A stretch of 53,781 nucleotides of DNA. Origin: a virus. Lineage: Duplodnaviria > Caudoviricetes. Where the stretch lies: the IMG/VR virus record IMGVR_UViG_3300020464_000005, positions 1-53,781 of that record; one strand, 5' to 3'. How positions within the stretch are numbered: position 1 is the stretch's first letter; each line of letters begins with the position of its first letter. A program made the translations under genes and the position numbers. This document shows, piece by piece, positions 27,175 through 38,000 of the stretch. The notes under the pieces are model-generated. The model ran no database searches. It was not told the DNA's origin and worked only from the letters and a program-made list of their open reading frames with translations.

Positions 27175-27182
27175 GAGTTAAT

Positions 27183-27554
27183 ATGACAAGTTTAATTATA
27201 GATAAAGATGGCAACCAGATTGATGCTTCAAGTGTTTCATCAAAGCCATCAGACAGACATTTTAGAAATGCTTGGGCAATATCAGGTAAAGTTATAGCTG
27301 AAGACATGACTAAGGCTAAAGAAATATTTAAAGATAAGATAAGGGAAGTAAGAAAACCTTTATTGGAAGCTGAAGATGTTGTGTATATGAAAGCAATGGA
27401 AGCAGATGATAGTTCTGCCAAGACTGCAAGTGTAAATAAGAAGAAAGCATTAAGAGATGCACCAGCTAATAGTGCAATAACAAATGCAGATACAATTACC
27501 AAGTTAAAAGCTGCTTGGGATACATCAGTGCTTGGCACTAACCCTTATGCATAG
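27183..27554 (+). CDS. Tail fibre assembly chaperone-like protein
   Basis: DRHFRNAW, IREVRKPLL..D, KKALRDAP, LKAAW. Confidence 0.6.
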   Translation: MTSLIIDKDGNQIDASSVSSKPSDRHFRNAWAISGKVIAEDMTKAKEIFKDKIREVRKPLLEAEDVVYMKAMEADDSSAKTASVNKKKALRDAPANSAITNADTITKLKAAWDTSVLGTNPYA

Positions 27555-27562
27555 GAGATAAT

Positions 27563-27751
27563 ATGTCAAATCAAACATATAAAGGTAAAAATTATGATGC
27601 TAAATCATATGAACCAGTTGTAAGAATTAATTCTCATAAAATTTTAACAAATGTTTTAATTGATACAGATGACAGGGCAGTTTCTGCTGGAGATATAACA
27701 ATAGTAGACCCTGCCAAAGTAACTGTTAAAGGACAGTGGACAATCGTATGA
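27563..27751 (+). CDS. Small tail-associated protein
   Basis: AGGAG SD; AVSAGDITI..VTVKGQWTIV. Confidence 0.55.
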   Translation: MSNQTYKGKNYDAKSYEPVVRINSHKILTNVLIDTDDRAVSAGDITIVDPAKVTVKGQWTIV

Positions 27752-28152
27752 GTAAATTATCTGTAGATGAAATTAGTGGTAGACAAACTGCTGGTAGCAT
27801 TACTCTTTCACTTGAAAATGATAACAGTCAAGTATTACAACAAGGAGTAGCTAAAGCTACTGTTTCTGCTGCTTTAGATGGAACAGTTGCAAATGCTGAT
27901 GCATCTCTTAATATAAGTGGTATAGCAGATGGTTCTACTGGATTAAATACTATAACAGTAGCAAATCCTTTTTCAGCGGCAAAAGCTGCAGTGCCTAGTG
28001 CGACTATCCATGATGGCAGTTATTCTAGAGCAATTAATGTTAATGATGCTTCAGCTTCAGCATTTATAACTAGAGCATTTGTTGCAGATAGTGGTTCTTT
28101 AACAGATGATAATGTTGATACTGCTGTAGTAATTCATGGAGATTTAGCGTAA
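27748..28152 (+). CDS. Tail fibre subunit-like protein
   Basis: MSKLSVDEI, ASLNISGIAD, ends GDLA. Confidence 0.6.
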   Translation: MSKLSVDEISGRQTAGSITLSLENDNSQVLQQGVAKATVSAALDGTVANADASLNISGIADGSTGLNTITVANPFSAAKAAVPSATIHDGSYSRAINVNDASASAFITRAFVADSGSLTDDNVDTAVVIHGDLA

Positions 28153-28586
28153 TGGCAAGTGAACTTAAAGTAGATAAATTTACAGGTGTTAGTACGGCTG
28201 ATGTGATTTCTGTCACTACAGGAAGTGCTACAACAACTTTACAAGCAGGAATGATAAAACATAGAGCACATCATCTTGCAGGTACACTCTCTTCTGGTTC
28301 TTTAAATTGTTCATCAATAACAGATAATGGAACAGGGGATTATACACATAATTTTTCTAATAATTTTTCAGATGCTCTTTATGGACATTTTGGTGCAGCT
28401 ACTTATGGTATAGGTTCAACAGTAATTATACACAATTACATGAGAGCAGATAATGATGATTCATCAACTTCTATGACATTAACAAGTTCTATTCGTTGTG
28501 AATCTGTTTATGTGTGGACAAGTGCAAATAGAACAAATTATGATTATTCCTCAGTAGATTTAATTTGTGCAGGAGATTTAGCGTAA
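28152..28586 (+). CDS. Tail fibre subunit-like protein (paralog of preceding)
   Basis: MASELKVD, SLNCSSITDNGTGDY, ends GDLA. Confidence 0.6.
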   Translation: MASELKVDKFTGVSTADVISVTTGSATTTLQAGMIKHRAHHLAGTLSSGSLNCSSITDNGTGDYTHNFSNNFSDALYGHFGAATYGIGSTVIIHNYMRADNDDSSTSMTLTSSIRCESVYVWTSANRTNYDYSSVDLICAGDLA

Positions 28587-29110
28587 TGGCAAGTATATTA
28601 AGAGTTAATTCAATTAAGACAACTGGTAATAAACCTATTTTAAATAGCACTGGCTCAGTGTTACAAGTTGTTCAAACAACAAAAACAGATACATTTACAA
28701 CAACGTCTACGTCTTTTACAGATGTTACAGGAATGTCTGTGAATATTACTCCTTCATCAACATCAAGTAAAATTCTTGTTCTAGTACAAGTAAATAATAA
28801 TGCTTCTCAAACATACACAAAGTTTTTTGATTTAGTTCGAGGTTCAACAAGTATTTTTAAAGGTGATGATGCATCAGATAATAAAAGAGAATGTACAATA
28901 TGGGGTAGAGATGAAGCTGACCTTGGAGGACAAGTTTGGAATATTACTTACTTAGATTCACCAAATTCTACAGAAGAACTTACATATAAACTTCAAGGCT
29001 CAATTCAATCTGCAGGCACTTTAACAGTAAATAGAAGTGCAAATGACGGTAACCAAACCTATTTAGGTAGAGGAACATCATCAATTACAGTAATGGAGAT
29101 AGCAGGATGA
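28586..29110 (+). CDS. Tail fibre subunit-like protein
   Basis: GSVLQVVQ, ITPSSTSSKILV, YLDSP, SSITVMEIA. Confidence 0.6.
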   Translation: MASILRVNSIKTTGNKPILNSTGSVLQVVQTTKTDTFTTTSTSFTDVTGMSVNITPSSTSSKILVLVQVNNNASQTYTKFFDLVRGSTSIFKGDDASDNKRECTIWGRDEADLGGQVWNITYLDSPNSTEELTYKLQGSIQSAGTLTVNRSANDGNQTYLGRGTSSITVMEIAG

Positions 29111-29403
29111 CTGATATTATAAGTGCAATTTTAGCAATAAAATCAGATGCAGAAGTCAGTGTAAATGCTGAAGATATAAATCAAATTACTTGGCATGATG
29201 GCAATCCAACTAATATAACAACAAAACAAATTACCGATAAACAAGCAGAACTTCAAACTGCTTACGATAATAACAAATATCAAAGAGATAGAGAAGTAGC
29301 TTATCCGTTAATTAAAGACCAACTAGATGATTTATATCACAATGGAATTGATGGTTGGAAAAAAACTATTAAAGCAGTAAAAGATAAATATCCTAAAGGT
29401 TAA
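29107..29403 (+). CDS. Tail fibre chaperone-like protein
   Basis: YQRDR..AYP..DQLDDLYH..IKAVKDKYPK. Confidence 0.6.
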   Translation: MTDIISAILAIKSDAEVSVNAEDINQITWHDGNPTNITTKQITDKQAELQTAYDNNKYQRDREVAYPLIKDQLDDLYHNGIDGWKKTIKAVKDKYPKG

Positions 29404-29405
29404 TT

Positions 29406-29636
29406 ATGGAAATAAGCCCAATACTATTTTGGAATGGTGTGCTTACACTTGTAATAGCACCTGCTATATGGATGTTTCGTAGTATGCTATCAGAAATAAA
29501 ACGTATAGATATACTTATTAACAAGACAAGAGAAGAGTACGCAAAGCGTGATGACGTAAAAGAAGATATGCATACAGTAATGGATGCACTACAGAGACTA
29601 GAAGATAAATTAGATAAGATATTAATAGGTAAGTGA
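29406..29636 (+). CDS. TM plus coiled-coil protein
   Basis: Hydrophobic N-terminus; TREE, RLEDKLD. Confidence 0.6.
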   Translation: MEISPILFWNGVLTLVIAPAIWMFRSMLSEIKRIDILINKTREEYAKRDDVKEDMHTVMDALQRLEDKLDKILIGK

Positions 29637-31297
29637 AAATGGAAGAATCACAAAACGCACCAAGTCCTTTAGACGAAGCACAATATGCAAAGATGCAGGA
29701 GTTAGCAAACTCTAATCCTGAATTATCTGTGAAAGAACTTGTTGCAAAATCTGATGAGTTTATTGGTACAGATCCTACAACCATGAAAAACTATTTAGTT
29801 AACGCAGGAGTTAATCTAGAAGCAGACACTATAAGTAATGTGGATTTAATAAAGGCAAAAGAAGCTACTCCTGCACCGATGGTTGATCCTAAACTTTCTG
29901 TTGATGATGTTGCAAAACAAAACATTGAAGCGGCACAGGGAACAGTATCTAAAGAAGTTGGTGAAGAACAAATTAATCTAAACCAAGAACAACTATTTGC
30001 AAAAGAACAAACAGGTACAGCCGAACAAATTACAGGAGACACAAAAAGAGTAGTTACAGAAGATGAAAAAGTAATTGCGGCAGTAGCTACTCCAGAAGAA
30101 TTATCCGAAATAAATATGGTTGCGGCAACGGCTGAACCATCAGATCGTGCAACTACACGTGGACAACTTGAGTTGTTGCAAAAAGACTTTGAAGGGGGCA
30201 AGATCCCACCATATGCAGCAGGACAGATAAGAGCGGCCAACGCAATTATGTTGCAACGTGGTATTGGGGCATCTTCGATTGCTGGACAAGCTATCATGCA
30301 AGCTGCCTTAGAAGGTAGCGTACAGATAGCGATGGCTGATGCAAGAGCTTTTCAAACATTTGAAATGCAAAGCCTTACAAACAAACAACAAGCTGCGGCA
30401 CTCAACGCACAGATACGTGCTAAAATATTAGGACAAGAGTTAACCAATAAACAACAGGCAGCCGTCATAAATGCGGCCAGAGTATCTGAAGCTAACAATC
30501 TTACATTTACTGCTGAACAAAGAGTCATGTTGGAAAACTCAAAAATGATGCAACAAATGCAACTTGCTAATCTTAACACTCGACAACAAACAGCGTTAGC
30601 CAATGCGGCTACATTTGCAAATCTTGAAAAGGCAAACCTTGATGCACGAATGACAGCACAAGTTACAAATGCACAAAACTTTTTAAAGATGGATATGGCA
30701 AATCTTAATAATGAACAACAAGCTCGCACTCTTGAATATCAATCAGCTATACAGGCAATATTCTCTGATCAGGCCGCAGTAAATGCAGCTGAACAGTTTA
30801 ATGCAAAAAGTCAAATGCAAGTTGATCAATTTTATACTGAATTAAATGCACAGATAGAACAAGCTAATGCGGCTAGAAAACTTAGTATGGATCAATTTAA
30901 CGTAAGTCAATCAAATGCCATGAAACAATTTAATGAACAGGCATCGTTCAATAGAGAACAATTTAACGCAAATGCACGTATGCAGATAGATCAATCAAAT
31001 GTAGAATGGCGAAGACAGATAAATACTCTAAATACGGCTGAACAGAACAATGCTAATCGAATACGTTATCAAGCGTTAATGAATCAAACAACTAACGCAC
31101 AAAACAACATGTGGAATCATTACAGAGATCAAGCTTCTTGGATGATGCAAATAGCCGAAAATAGAGAAGCACGGGCCCATAATGCATCTATTGCAGCCAT
31201 GCAAATTACAGGTAACAAAGATCTGTATCAACAGAAATTTTTAAGTAACTTAGCTTTACAAGTAGGTCAAGGCATAGGTACAATTATAGCAAGTTAG
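29633..31297 (+). CDS. Putative internal virion (ejection) protein
   Basis: Q/A/N-rich helical repeats (LxNxQQA, QFNA); position after tail genes. Confidence 0.65.
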   Translation: MKMEESQNAPSPLDEAQYAKMQELANSNPELSVKELVAKSDEFIGTDPTTMKNYLVNAGVNLEADTISNVDLIKAKEATPAPMVDPKLSVDDVAKQNIEAAQGTVSKEVGEEQINLNQEQLFAKEQTGTAEQITGDTKRVVTEDEKVIAAVATPEELSEINMVAATAEPSDRATTRGQLELLQKDFEGGKIPPYAAGQIRAANAIMLQRGIGASSIAGQAIMQAALEGSVQIAMADARAFQTFEMQSLTNKQQAAALNAQIRAKILGQELTNKQQAAVINAARVSEANNLTFTAEQRVMLENSKMMQQMQLANLNTRQQTALANAATFANLEKANLDARMTAQVTNAQNFLKMDMANLNNEQQARTLEYQSAIQAIFSDQAAVNAAEQFNAKSQMQVDQFYTELNAQIEQANAARKLSMDQFNVSQSNAMKQFNEQASFNREQFNANARMQIDQSNVEWRRQINTLNTAEQNNANRIRYQALMNQTTNAQNNMWNHYRDQASWMMQIAENREARAHNASIAAMQITGNKDLYQQKFLSNLALQVGQGIGTIIAS

Positions 31298-31307
31298 AGG
31301 TATATTT

Positions 31308-31757
31308 ATGTTTTCAGGTTTATTAAAAGCTTTCGTAGCTACAACACTTTTTGGAAACACTTCAATGGGAAAAGCAGCATTTGGAGTAGGTGCTGATCTC
31401 GTAGGGTCGTTTTTAAGTTCAAAACAAGGAGCTTCATCAGGAACGAAAACTCCGAGCATACAAGGTGCTATAGAACCTAGTGTATTTAGCTTTAAAGATA
31501 ATTTAATGTCTGATGATATTACAGTTATAGATGCTGTTGATTTAAATACAAAATTTACTTCAACTGAAACACAAAATAATTTTCCTTTAGGTAGTAAATT
31601 AGCAGATGTTGTTCTTGATCCAGCGTTTAGACGATATATGGAAAACTCTTTTAATGACAACCCTATGAAAACAGTTTCTGCTTTTAGAGATACTACTGCA
31701 ACACAAATAGAAAAAGAAATTCCAATATCCATACACAATCAAAAGCTATTAACATAG
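31308..31757 (+). CDS. Putative internal virion protein
   Basis: GAGG SD; G/A-rich hydrophobic N-terminus. Confidence 0.55.
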   Translation: MFSGLLKAFVATTLFGNTSMGKAAFGVGADLVGSFLSSKQGASSGTKTPSIQGAIEPSVFSFKDNLMSDDITVIDAVDLNTKFTSTETQNNFPLGSKLADVVLDPAFRRYMENSFNDNPMKTVSAFRDTTATQIEKEIPISIHNQKLLT

Positions 31758-31765
31758 AGTAAATA

Positions 31766-32362
31766 ATGATTAGACCTAGAATTAGTAAAAATGATATAGA
31801 CCAACAAATTTTGCAAGCTGCCCAAAGTGTTGGCACTGGTGAACCTGATCCTATTATGGCTTCATCAGCCCCACCGGGCATAGGCATGACACAACCAAAA
31901 GGGCAATGGAAATGGGAACAGCCCCCAGCTATTACAGACCCTAATCAAGCCATAGATTCTATAATTGATCAATTTGATCAAACTAAAGATAACATTGTTA
32001 AATTAATGGTGGCAGGAGTATCTGTTGAAGAAATAGTGACTACAGTTACTTTTAATGCATTTATGGAAGGACAAGTTAACCCAGATGTTGCAGAACTTAT
32101 TAAACCTGCATTAACTTTATATTTAATGAAGTTAGCTGATGATGTAGATGCACCTTTTAAATTGTATGCTGAAGATCCACAATCAAACGAAATTAGTGAT
32201 GTTGAGTTGTTTAGAACTATGAAACAAAGAAATCCAGAAATGTTTACACAATTAAAAGAAAATGTAAATCAAGGTCTTCGTATGGCAAAGGCAAAACCTG
32301 TAGAACAACCACAGCAAAGGCAACAAACCCCTCAAAACTTTTTAGAAATGGGAGATGTGTAA
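31766..32362 (+). CDS. Hypothetical virion-module protein
   Basis: PPG.GMT....WKWEQPP, PDVAELIKP. Confidence 0.6.
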   Translation: MIRPRISKNDIDQQILQAAQSVGTGEPDPIMASSAPPGIGMTQPKGQWKWEQPPAITDPNQAIDSIIDQFDQTKDNIVKLMVAGVSVEEIVTTVTFNAFMEGQVNPDVAELIKPALTLYLMKLADDVDAPFKLYAEDPQSNEISDVELFRTMKQRNPEMFTQLKENVNQGLRMAKAKPVEQPQQRQQTPQNFLEMGDV

Positions 32363-35008
32363 ATGGTATTACCGTTAGCAGCGTTATTAGGATTAGCAGT
32401 AGGTGGTGGGGCTGTAACTGGCTATGCTGGAGAAGTACAACGTAAAAAAGTAAAAGCTGAAGAAGATGCAGAATTTCTTAGAAGGTTGCAACTGCAGACT
32501 GGAGAATCAAAAAAATTAGCAGAGTTTCAATCAGGGTTAAGAATGACGGAATCAGAAGCTGAAAGTGAAGCTGAACGAAAAAAGTTAGCTTTAAGTTTAA
32601 ATTTACCTCCAGATGCAACTTATGCTGAAATAGCAACAGCACAATCTCGAAAAATTTTACTAGATGCATACAATTTAAAAAATGTTCAAGAAGCAGCTAA
32701 TGTAGGTCTTCCTATGACAGCTACTTCAGGTGCTATAACAACAAAAAAACAAGAAGCACAAGAACAAAAAATAGAAACTGAATTTGACTATAAAAAGAAA
32801 CTTGAAAAGTATAAAAAAGAAATTGAAAACACAAACAAAAGTATATTAGAAGCTGAAGCATTTACTCATACTTTTGAGGTGCCGGGAACTGGTATTAGAC
32901 AATTTAGTTTAAATGCAAACGAACAACTTGTAGGAAAAACTGTTTTAAAAAAATTTAACTTGCCTAATTTAGATTACTTAGCATCTGAAAAAAAACTAGA
33001 TGGTAAAGAACAACTTAGGGCAGGAATAAATGCTTTTAATATGAATGTCGAAGATGCTGAACAATTAATTATGCAGGGAAGTCAGCAAACAAGAAATATT
33101 TTGTTAAACAGATTACAAGAACAACTATACGCATATAAAACAGAACATTTAATTAAACAGAAACCCATAACTTTAGAAATGGGAGGTCCTCAAACTATAG
33201 AAACAACTGTCTACTCTCTTGCAAGAAATTTTCAAGGATTAGCTGAAAGTCCTATGTTTGGTCCTATTATAGCTGCAATGGATAAAGATATTCACGATGC
33301 TGAAAGTGTTGAAACATATATTGAACAATTACTTAATTTGCCAATTATTGCACAAAAAAAGAAAACAACTAAAACTTTTAGTAATGGTGAATTGGGATCA
33401 CAGAAAAAAGTAGAGTTTGAAGGATACACTTTTAAAGATGAGGATGGTCCTGCAATAACATACGATTGTACCCCTGTTGGTGCAGGTTCAAAAGAAGCTT
33501 GTAATACTTTTAGAGATATAATTAAAACGAATAAAAAAAATATATCACAAGATATGTTTGATCAACGTATGAATTATATTTTATATAAATCTCCTATAAA
33601 TAAAACAAACTTTGGAGCTAAAAATGTTTTTTTAGAAGGTAATCCAGAAGGCGATGGATACCCAATGCTTGATTTTATGCAAGAGTTAAAAGCTAAAGGT
33701 ATAAACTTAAACCCTTTACAAGAAGTAAGTCAAGTAACTGCATCAAAAACTTTAGATAAGCCAACCTATGAAAGTATTAAAGACTCATTTACGTCAAGTG
33801 TTGCTCAAAGAGGTTCATACTATCAAAGTATAATTACCGCTCATGCTGATGCAAACTTATATGATTTTACTTATTTTATTGATCTTTCACAAGCATTTGT
33901 TTCAGACTCTAGTTTTATGACGTTTGGAGATTTAAATTCAATTTATGATAATGCTGGACTTATATCAACAGCAAACGTTTCAAATAAGTATCATTCTCTT
34001 TTAAAAGTTAGATCTTTGGGGATACCATATATTGAAACTGTGCCTGATGGCGACATAGAGAATGTTGCTAATACTATGCCTAAATTTGCACATTATGCAG
34101 CAAAACATAAGCTTAAAGCTGACCCAAATGCAACAGCTTTAACTGGGGCATTTTTAAATGTTTACAAAGATTACTTTAAAGTGTTGCCAGAACAATTAAA
34201 AGAATTTTTCAAAACTGCTTTTATAGGTGATGGAAATGAAGGAGAATTTATTAGTTCGTTTATAAATGTATTTACACGAAATATTGGGGCTGAAGGTAAA
34301 GAAGGATTTAGATTTAAAGATGTTGATGTAACTTCTAAAGAACTAACCCAAATAAGAAAAGAATCATTTAAACATATTTACAATGACAAAGGTAAGTTAA
34401 TACGTAAAGAAAAATTTAAAGACAATGCAGAGTTTTTAAAATATGAAAGAATGGCTTATGATAGAAATCAAGAACGTTTAGCAGACATTCAAAAAAGAAT
34501 AACTGACGGAGTTGACATTCAAGGTGCAAGAAGAGATTTGTTAAAATTTATGATGGCTTACGAATTGGCATCTTATCTTCAAGGGGGAACTGGTGGTCGA
34601 ACAATTTCTGACCAAGACGTTGAAAACATGTTACGAGCTATCGGAGCAGATAACTGGACATCAACTGCTGCAATGGTTGGGGGTACACTAGAATTGTTGA
34701 CAAACCTTGAAGCTGATATAGATATATACACTGCTATTACTTCTACTACAGATCCATCAAGAGTTATGGCTGGCATATATGCTCGTGATAGATTTAAACC
34801 TTTGTTTAGACCTGACAAAGCTGGTAATCGTGATATTATCAATAAAATATTTTTTAAAGTTACTGAAGAAGTAGATGGGGGTAATAATCAAGAAGAAATT
34901 ATTGAACAACAACAAGAAATATATACTATTGATAGTGAAGGAAATGTAATAAAAAAGGATGATCCTCCCCCTCAAAATATAATTAACATATTAGGTAACG
35001 TAGGTTAA
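32363..35008 (+). CDS. Large putative internal virion protein (881 aa)
   Basis: Hydrophobic N-terminus; GRTISDQDVE; position. Confidence 0.6.
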   Translation: MVLPLAALLGLAVGGGAVTGYAGEVQRKKVKAEEDAEFLRRLQLQTGESKKLAEFQSGLRMTESEAESEAERKKLALSLNLPPDATYAEIATAQSRKILLDAYNLKNVQEAANVGLPMTATSGAITTKKQEAQEQKIETEFDYKKKLEKYKKEIENTNKSILEAEAFTHTFEVPGTGIRQFSLNANEQLVGKTVLKKFNLPNLDYLASEKKLDGKEQLRAGINAFNMNVEDAEQLIMQGSQQTRNILLNRLQEQLYAYKTEHLIKQKPITLEMGGPQTIETTVYSLARNFQGLAESPMFGPIIAAMDKDIHDAESVETYIEQLLNLPIIAQKKKTTKTFSNGELGSQKKVEFEGYTFKDEDGPAITYDCTPVGAGSKEACNTFRDIIKTNKKNISQDMFDQRMNYILYKSPINKTNFGAKNVFLEGNPEGDGYPMLDFMQELKAKGINLNPLQEVSQVTASKTLDKPTYESIKDSFTSSVAQRGSYYQSIITAHADANLYDFTYFIDLSQAFVSDSSFMTFGDLNSIYDNAGLISTANVSNKYHSLLKVRSLGIPYIETVPDGDIENVANTMPKFAHYAAKHKLKADPNATALTGAFLNVYKDYFKVLPEQLKEFFKTAFIGDGNEGEFISSFINVFTRNIGAEGKEGFRFKDVDVTSKELTQIRKESFKHIYNDKGKLIRKEKFKDNAEFLKYERMAYDRNQERLADIQKRITDGVDIQGARRDLLKFMMAYELASYLQGGTGGRTISDQDVENMLRAIGADNWTSTAAMVGGTLELLTNLEADIDIYTAITSTTDPSRVMAGIYARDRFKPLFRPDKAGNRDIINKIFFKVTEEVDGGNNQEEIIEQQQEIYTIDSEGNVIKKDDPPPQNIINILGNVG

Positions 35009-35009
35009 C

Positions 35010-38000
35010 ATGGTAAACTATACTCAAAAAGCTGGAGATTATTTAATTAATAATGCACGACTTGGCAAAACTAATACAAAACAATATAAGACAATTCTTG
35101 ACTTTTATAGTAAGCAACCAGACAAAGACACTTCACTGCTTAATAAAATATCTCCTGCACCTGTAAAAGAAAAACAACAGTTCAATCCTTTGCAACAAGC
35201 AATAGCAGGAAATGTTCCATTGTTTGATTCTGGAATTAAAATTACAGATAAACCTTCTGTAGACACTCCTCCTTTAACAGCATTGAGAGAAAAGACAGGA
35301 GATTTTTTTAGAGACTTTAGAGCAACAAACCCTATTATGGGAGTATTAGGACTTGATTACCCAGCTATTTCTGAAATAAGTCCTACAGGAGAAACTACGG
35401 CTGTTAAAAAATTTGTAAAACCTGCAATACAAGTAAAAGATACAGCATTGTTTTCTGGAGTTTTAAAATCAGATCAAGAGATGCAAAAATCATTTAATAA
35501 AGATTTAAGTGGATTTACAAGTAAAGATGGAAGTAGAAAATATGAATTTACTCCTAACATGTCTTTAAATAAAAAAATGGAAATGATAGACAAATTTGAT
35601 GGAAGAACTTTAGTATTTGCCGATGGACAAACACAAAACATTGAATTTGAAAAAACTAAAATTAATACTATTTTAGGAGAAAAAACATTAGATAAACCAG
35701 TATCTTTTTTAGAAGCTGAAAAAATTAAAGCAGATACAAGTTTTTTCTCAACATCAACTCCTACTGAATTACTCACATATGCATTACTTAACCCTGACAG
35801 TAAACTTTACTCAAACATTGCACCAAAATTTACCAACATACCTATTTTTGGAGATGTGTTTCCATACGGATCAAAACGTATTGACAATTTGTTAGATAGT
35901 TTAGATGAAAATTTAAAAGGTGATCCAAAAATAGCTGCGTTTTTAGCACAAGAAGTAGGTAGTGGAAGATTGGGTAGAAGAAAATTATCATCACGTTTTA
36001 CTAACTTATTACAAGCTGGAGGTTCTGGATTATTATTTTTATATGGAGAAGGAACACAATTTTTAAAAGACTCACTTAATAAATTACCCCAGTTTGAAAT
36101 TGATACTTTTGGTGGTCTTGAAACACCAGAACAACGTGAAGCATTTTTAACAAGATACTTTCCAAGTATGGCTAAAGATTTTCATATGTATATACAATCA
36201 AGGGGCATCAACGATATAAGTTTAGAAGATGCAGAAGCTATTTTATACTTTGATAACAACGTAGTCGAAAGAGCGTTGGGTATAGGAGTGGAAGGTCTTA
36301 TTCCCGGAACTGCATTAGCAAGAATAACTGCAGGTATGTCTGCGGCAACAGGCAAAGCATTTACAGGTTACTTAAAACAGTACGGAAATAAGTTTGAAAG
36401 TTTAGATGAAGCTGTTGAAGGTTTTGTAACAAATAAATTTGTAACCAACAAATATGGAGAACTTATAGGGCCACGAAAAAAATTCTTTCCAAAGTTTAGA
36501 GAAGGTCTTCAAAGAGGTAGGTTGGCAAACACTGTTCAAATGTGGCAATCAACTTTACCATTAAAAAAGAGAACAGAATATAAGAGTGCTGTACAAGCTA
36601 GAGACAGCATATTAAGTAAAATTGCATCAGAACAACCAACAGCAGGATCGCAAAGAGCAAGAGATCTTAACAGACAACTATTTCAAGCTAATGAAAAAAT
36701 TGTAGCGGCTGAAGCTTTTTCAAATGTTGCCCCATTTTTAAGAGAGTTAGGTATGGCTGAAGCAAGAGTTGTATTATATGGCGCAGCAGGTGGACAAGTC
36801 GCACAAGAGTTTAATTTTGATCCTGTATTCGGAGAGATATTTGGGGTAGTTCATGGTGGTATCATAGCACCGATAGCTGACAACATTCCATATTTAAAAC
36901 ATGCATTTATACTAAACCCTGATTCTACAGTTAAAAAAGCTTACGACATGGCTCATTATCATACATTGTATGCATTAGAAAGAATACCCGGAAGTGGATT
37001 TAGTCCGGGAGATTTATTAAGTGAATCAATTAATTTTGCAAGTCAAAAAGGTTTAGAACAATTTACAGATATTCTTGCAAGATCAGATCCAGAGTTAATT
37101 CAATCCGTAACACAAAGAGTTTCTCTTCTTAACAAATACAAAAAGCGATTAATAAGTAAAGGCATGCCTGAAAAAACTTTTAACATGACTTTAGCAAAAC
37201 TTACAGGGCTTGCTGTTTTAGAAGCATTTGATGCAACCTATGGTAACGCAATTAGTGCAGCCGAAACATTAACCGTAAAAGGTATGAATGATTTGCAGGA
37301 AGGTTCTGCAATAAGAAAAAGGTTAGTTACAGAATTAAGAACCTTGATGGATGATCTTGCTCCTCAAACAATGGACCCAGAAATGGGTAGTGATTTAGCT
37401 GTGTTTACAACTCAAATTGAGAATGGTATTAAAGCTCAAGAAACAAAAATAAAAACTATAAATGGACTTATAGCTCAAGCCGCATCAAACAAACAAGCAA
37501 TAATTATGACTAATTATTTATCTGGTATAAAGCTTGGAGACACTAAAAAACAAGATATACAAGTAATGATTGATGAACTCTATGGGTTAACTCAAGTTAA
37601 ATTAGGTCCTGATGCAACAGCCGAACAATTATATAAAGAAACATTAAGTATAAGTTATACACTAGAAAGACAAATAAAAAATGAAGTTGATGACTTAATT
37701 AAAAGTTTTAATTCAAAAGAAAACAGAGATATATTTACAAATGAATTATTTAAAATACCAAAAATACAAAAACTTTTAAAGAAAGAAATAACTAATGTAG
37801 ATTCTGCAGTAACTTCATATGCAACAAGAACACGTATAGCAAAAAATAAAATTACAAAACGAGTTGTATCAGACAGGATAAACAAATTACTTGAAGTTTC
37901 TATGGAAGCTAGACGAGGAGAGATAGCACAAAGAGGTAGTGTACCTTTTTCAAATATTAATAAAAAGTATGAAAACGCTACTGGTAATGCAACTGAATTT

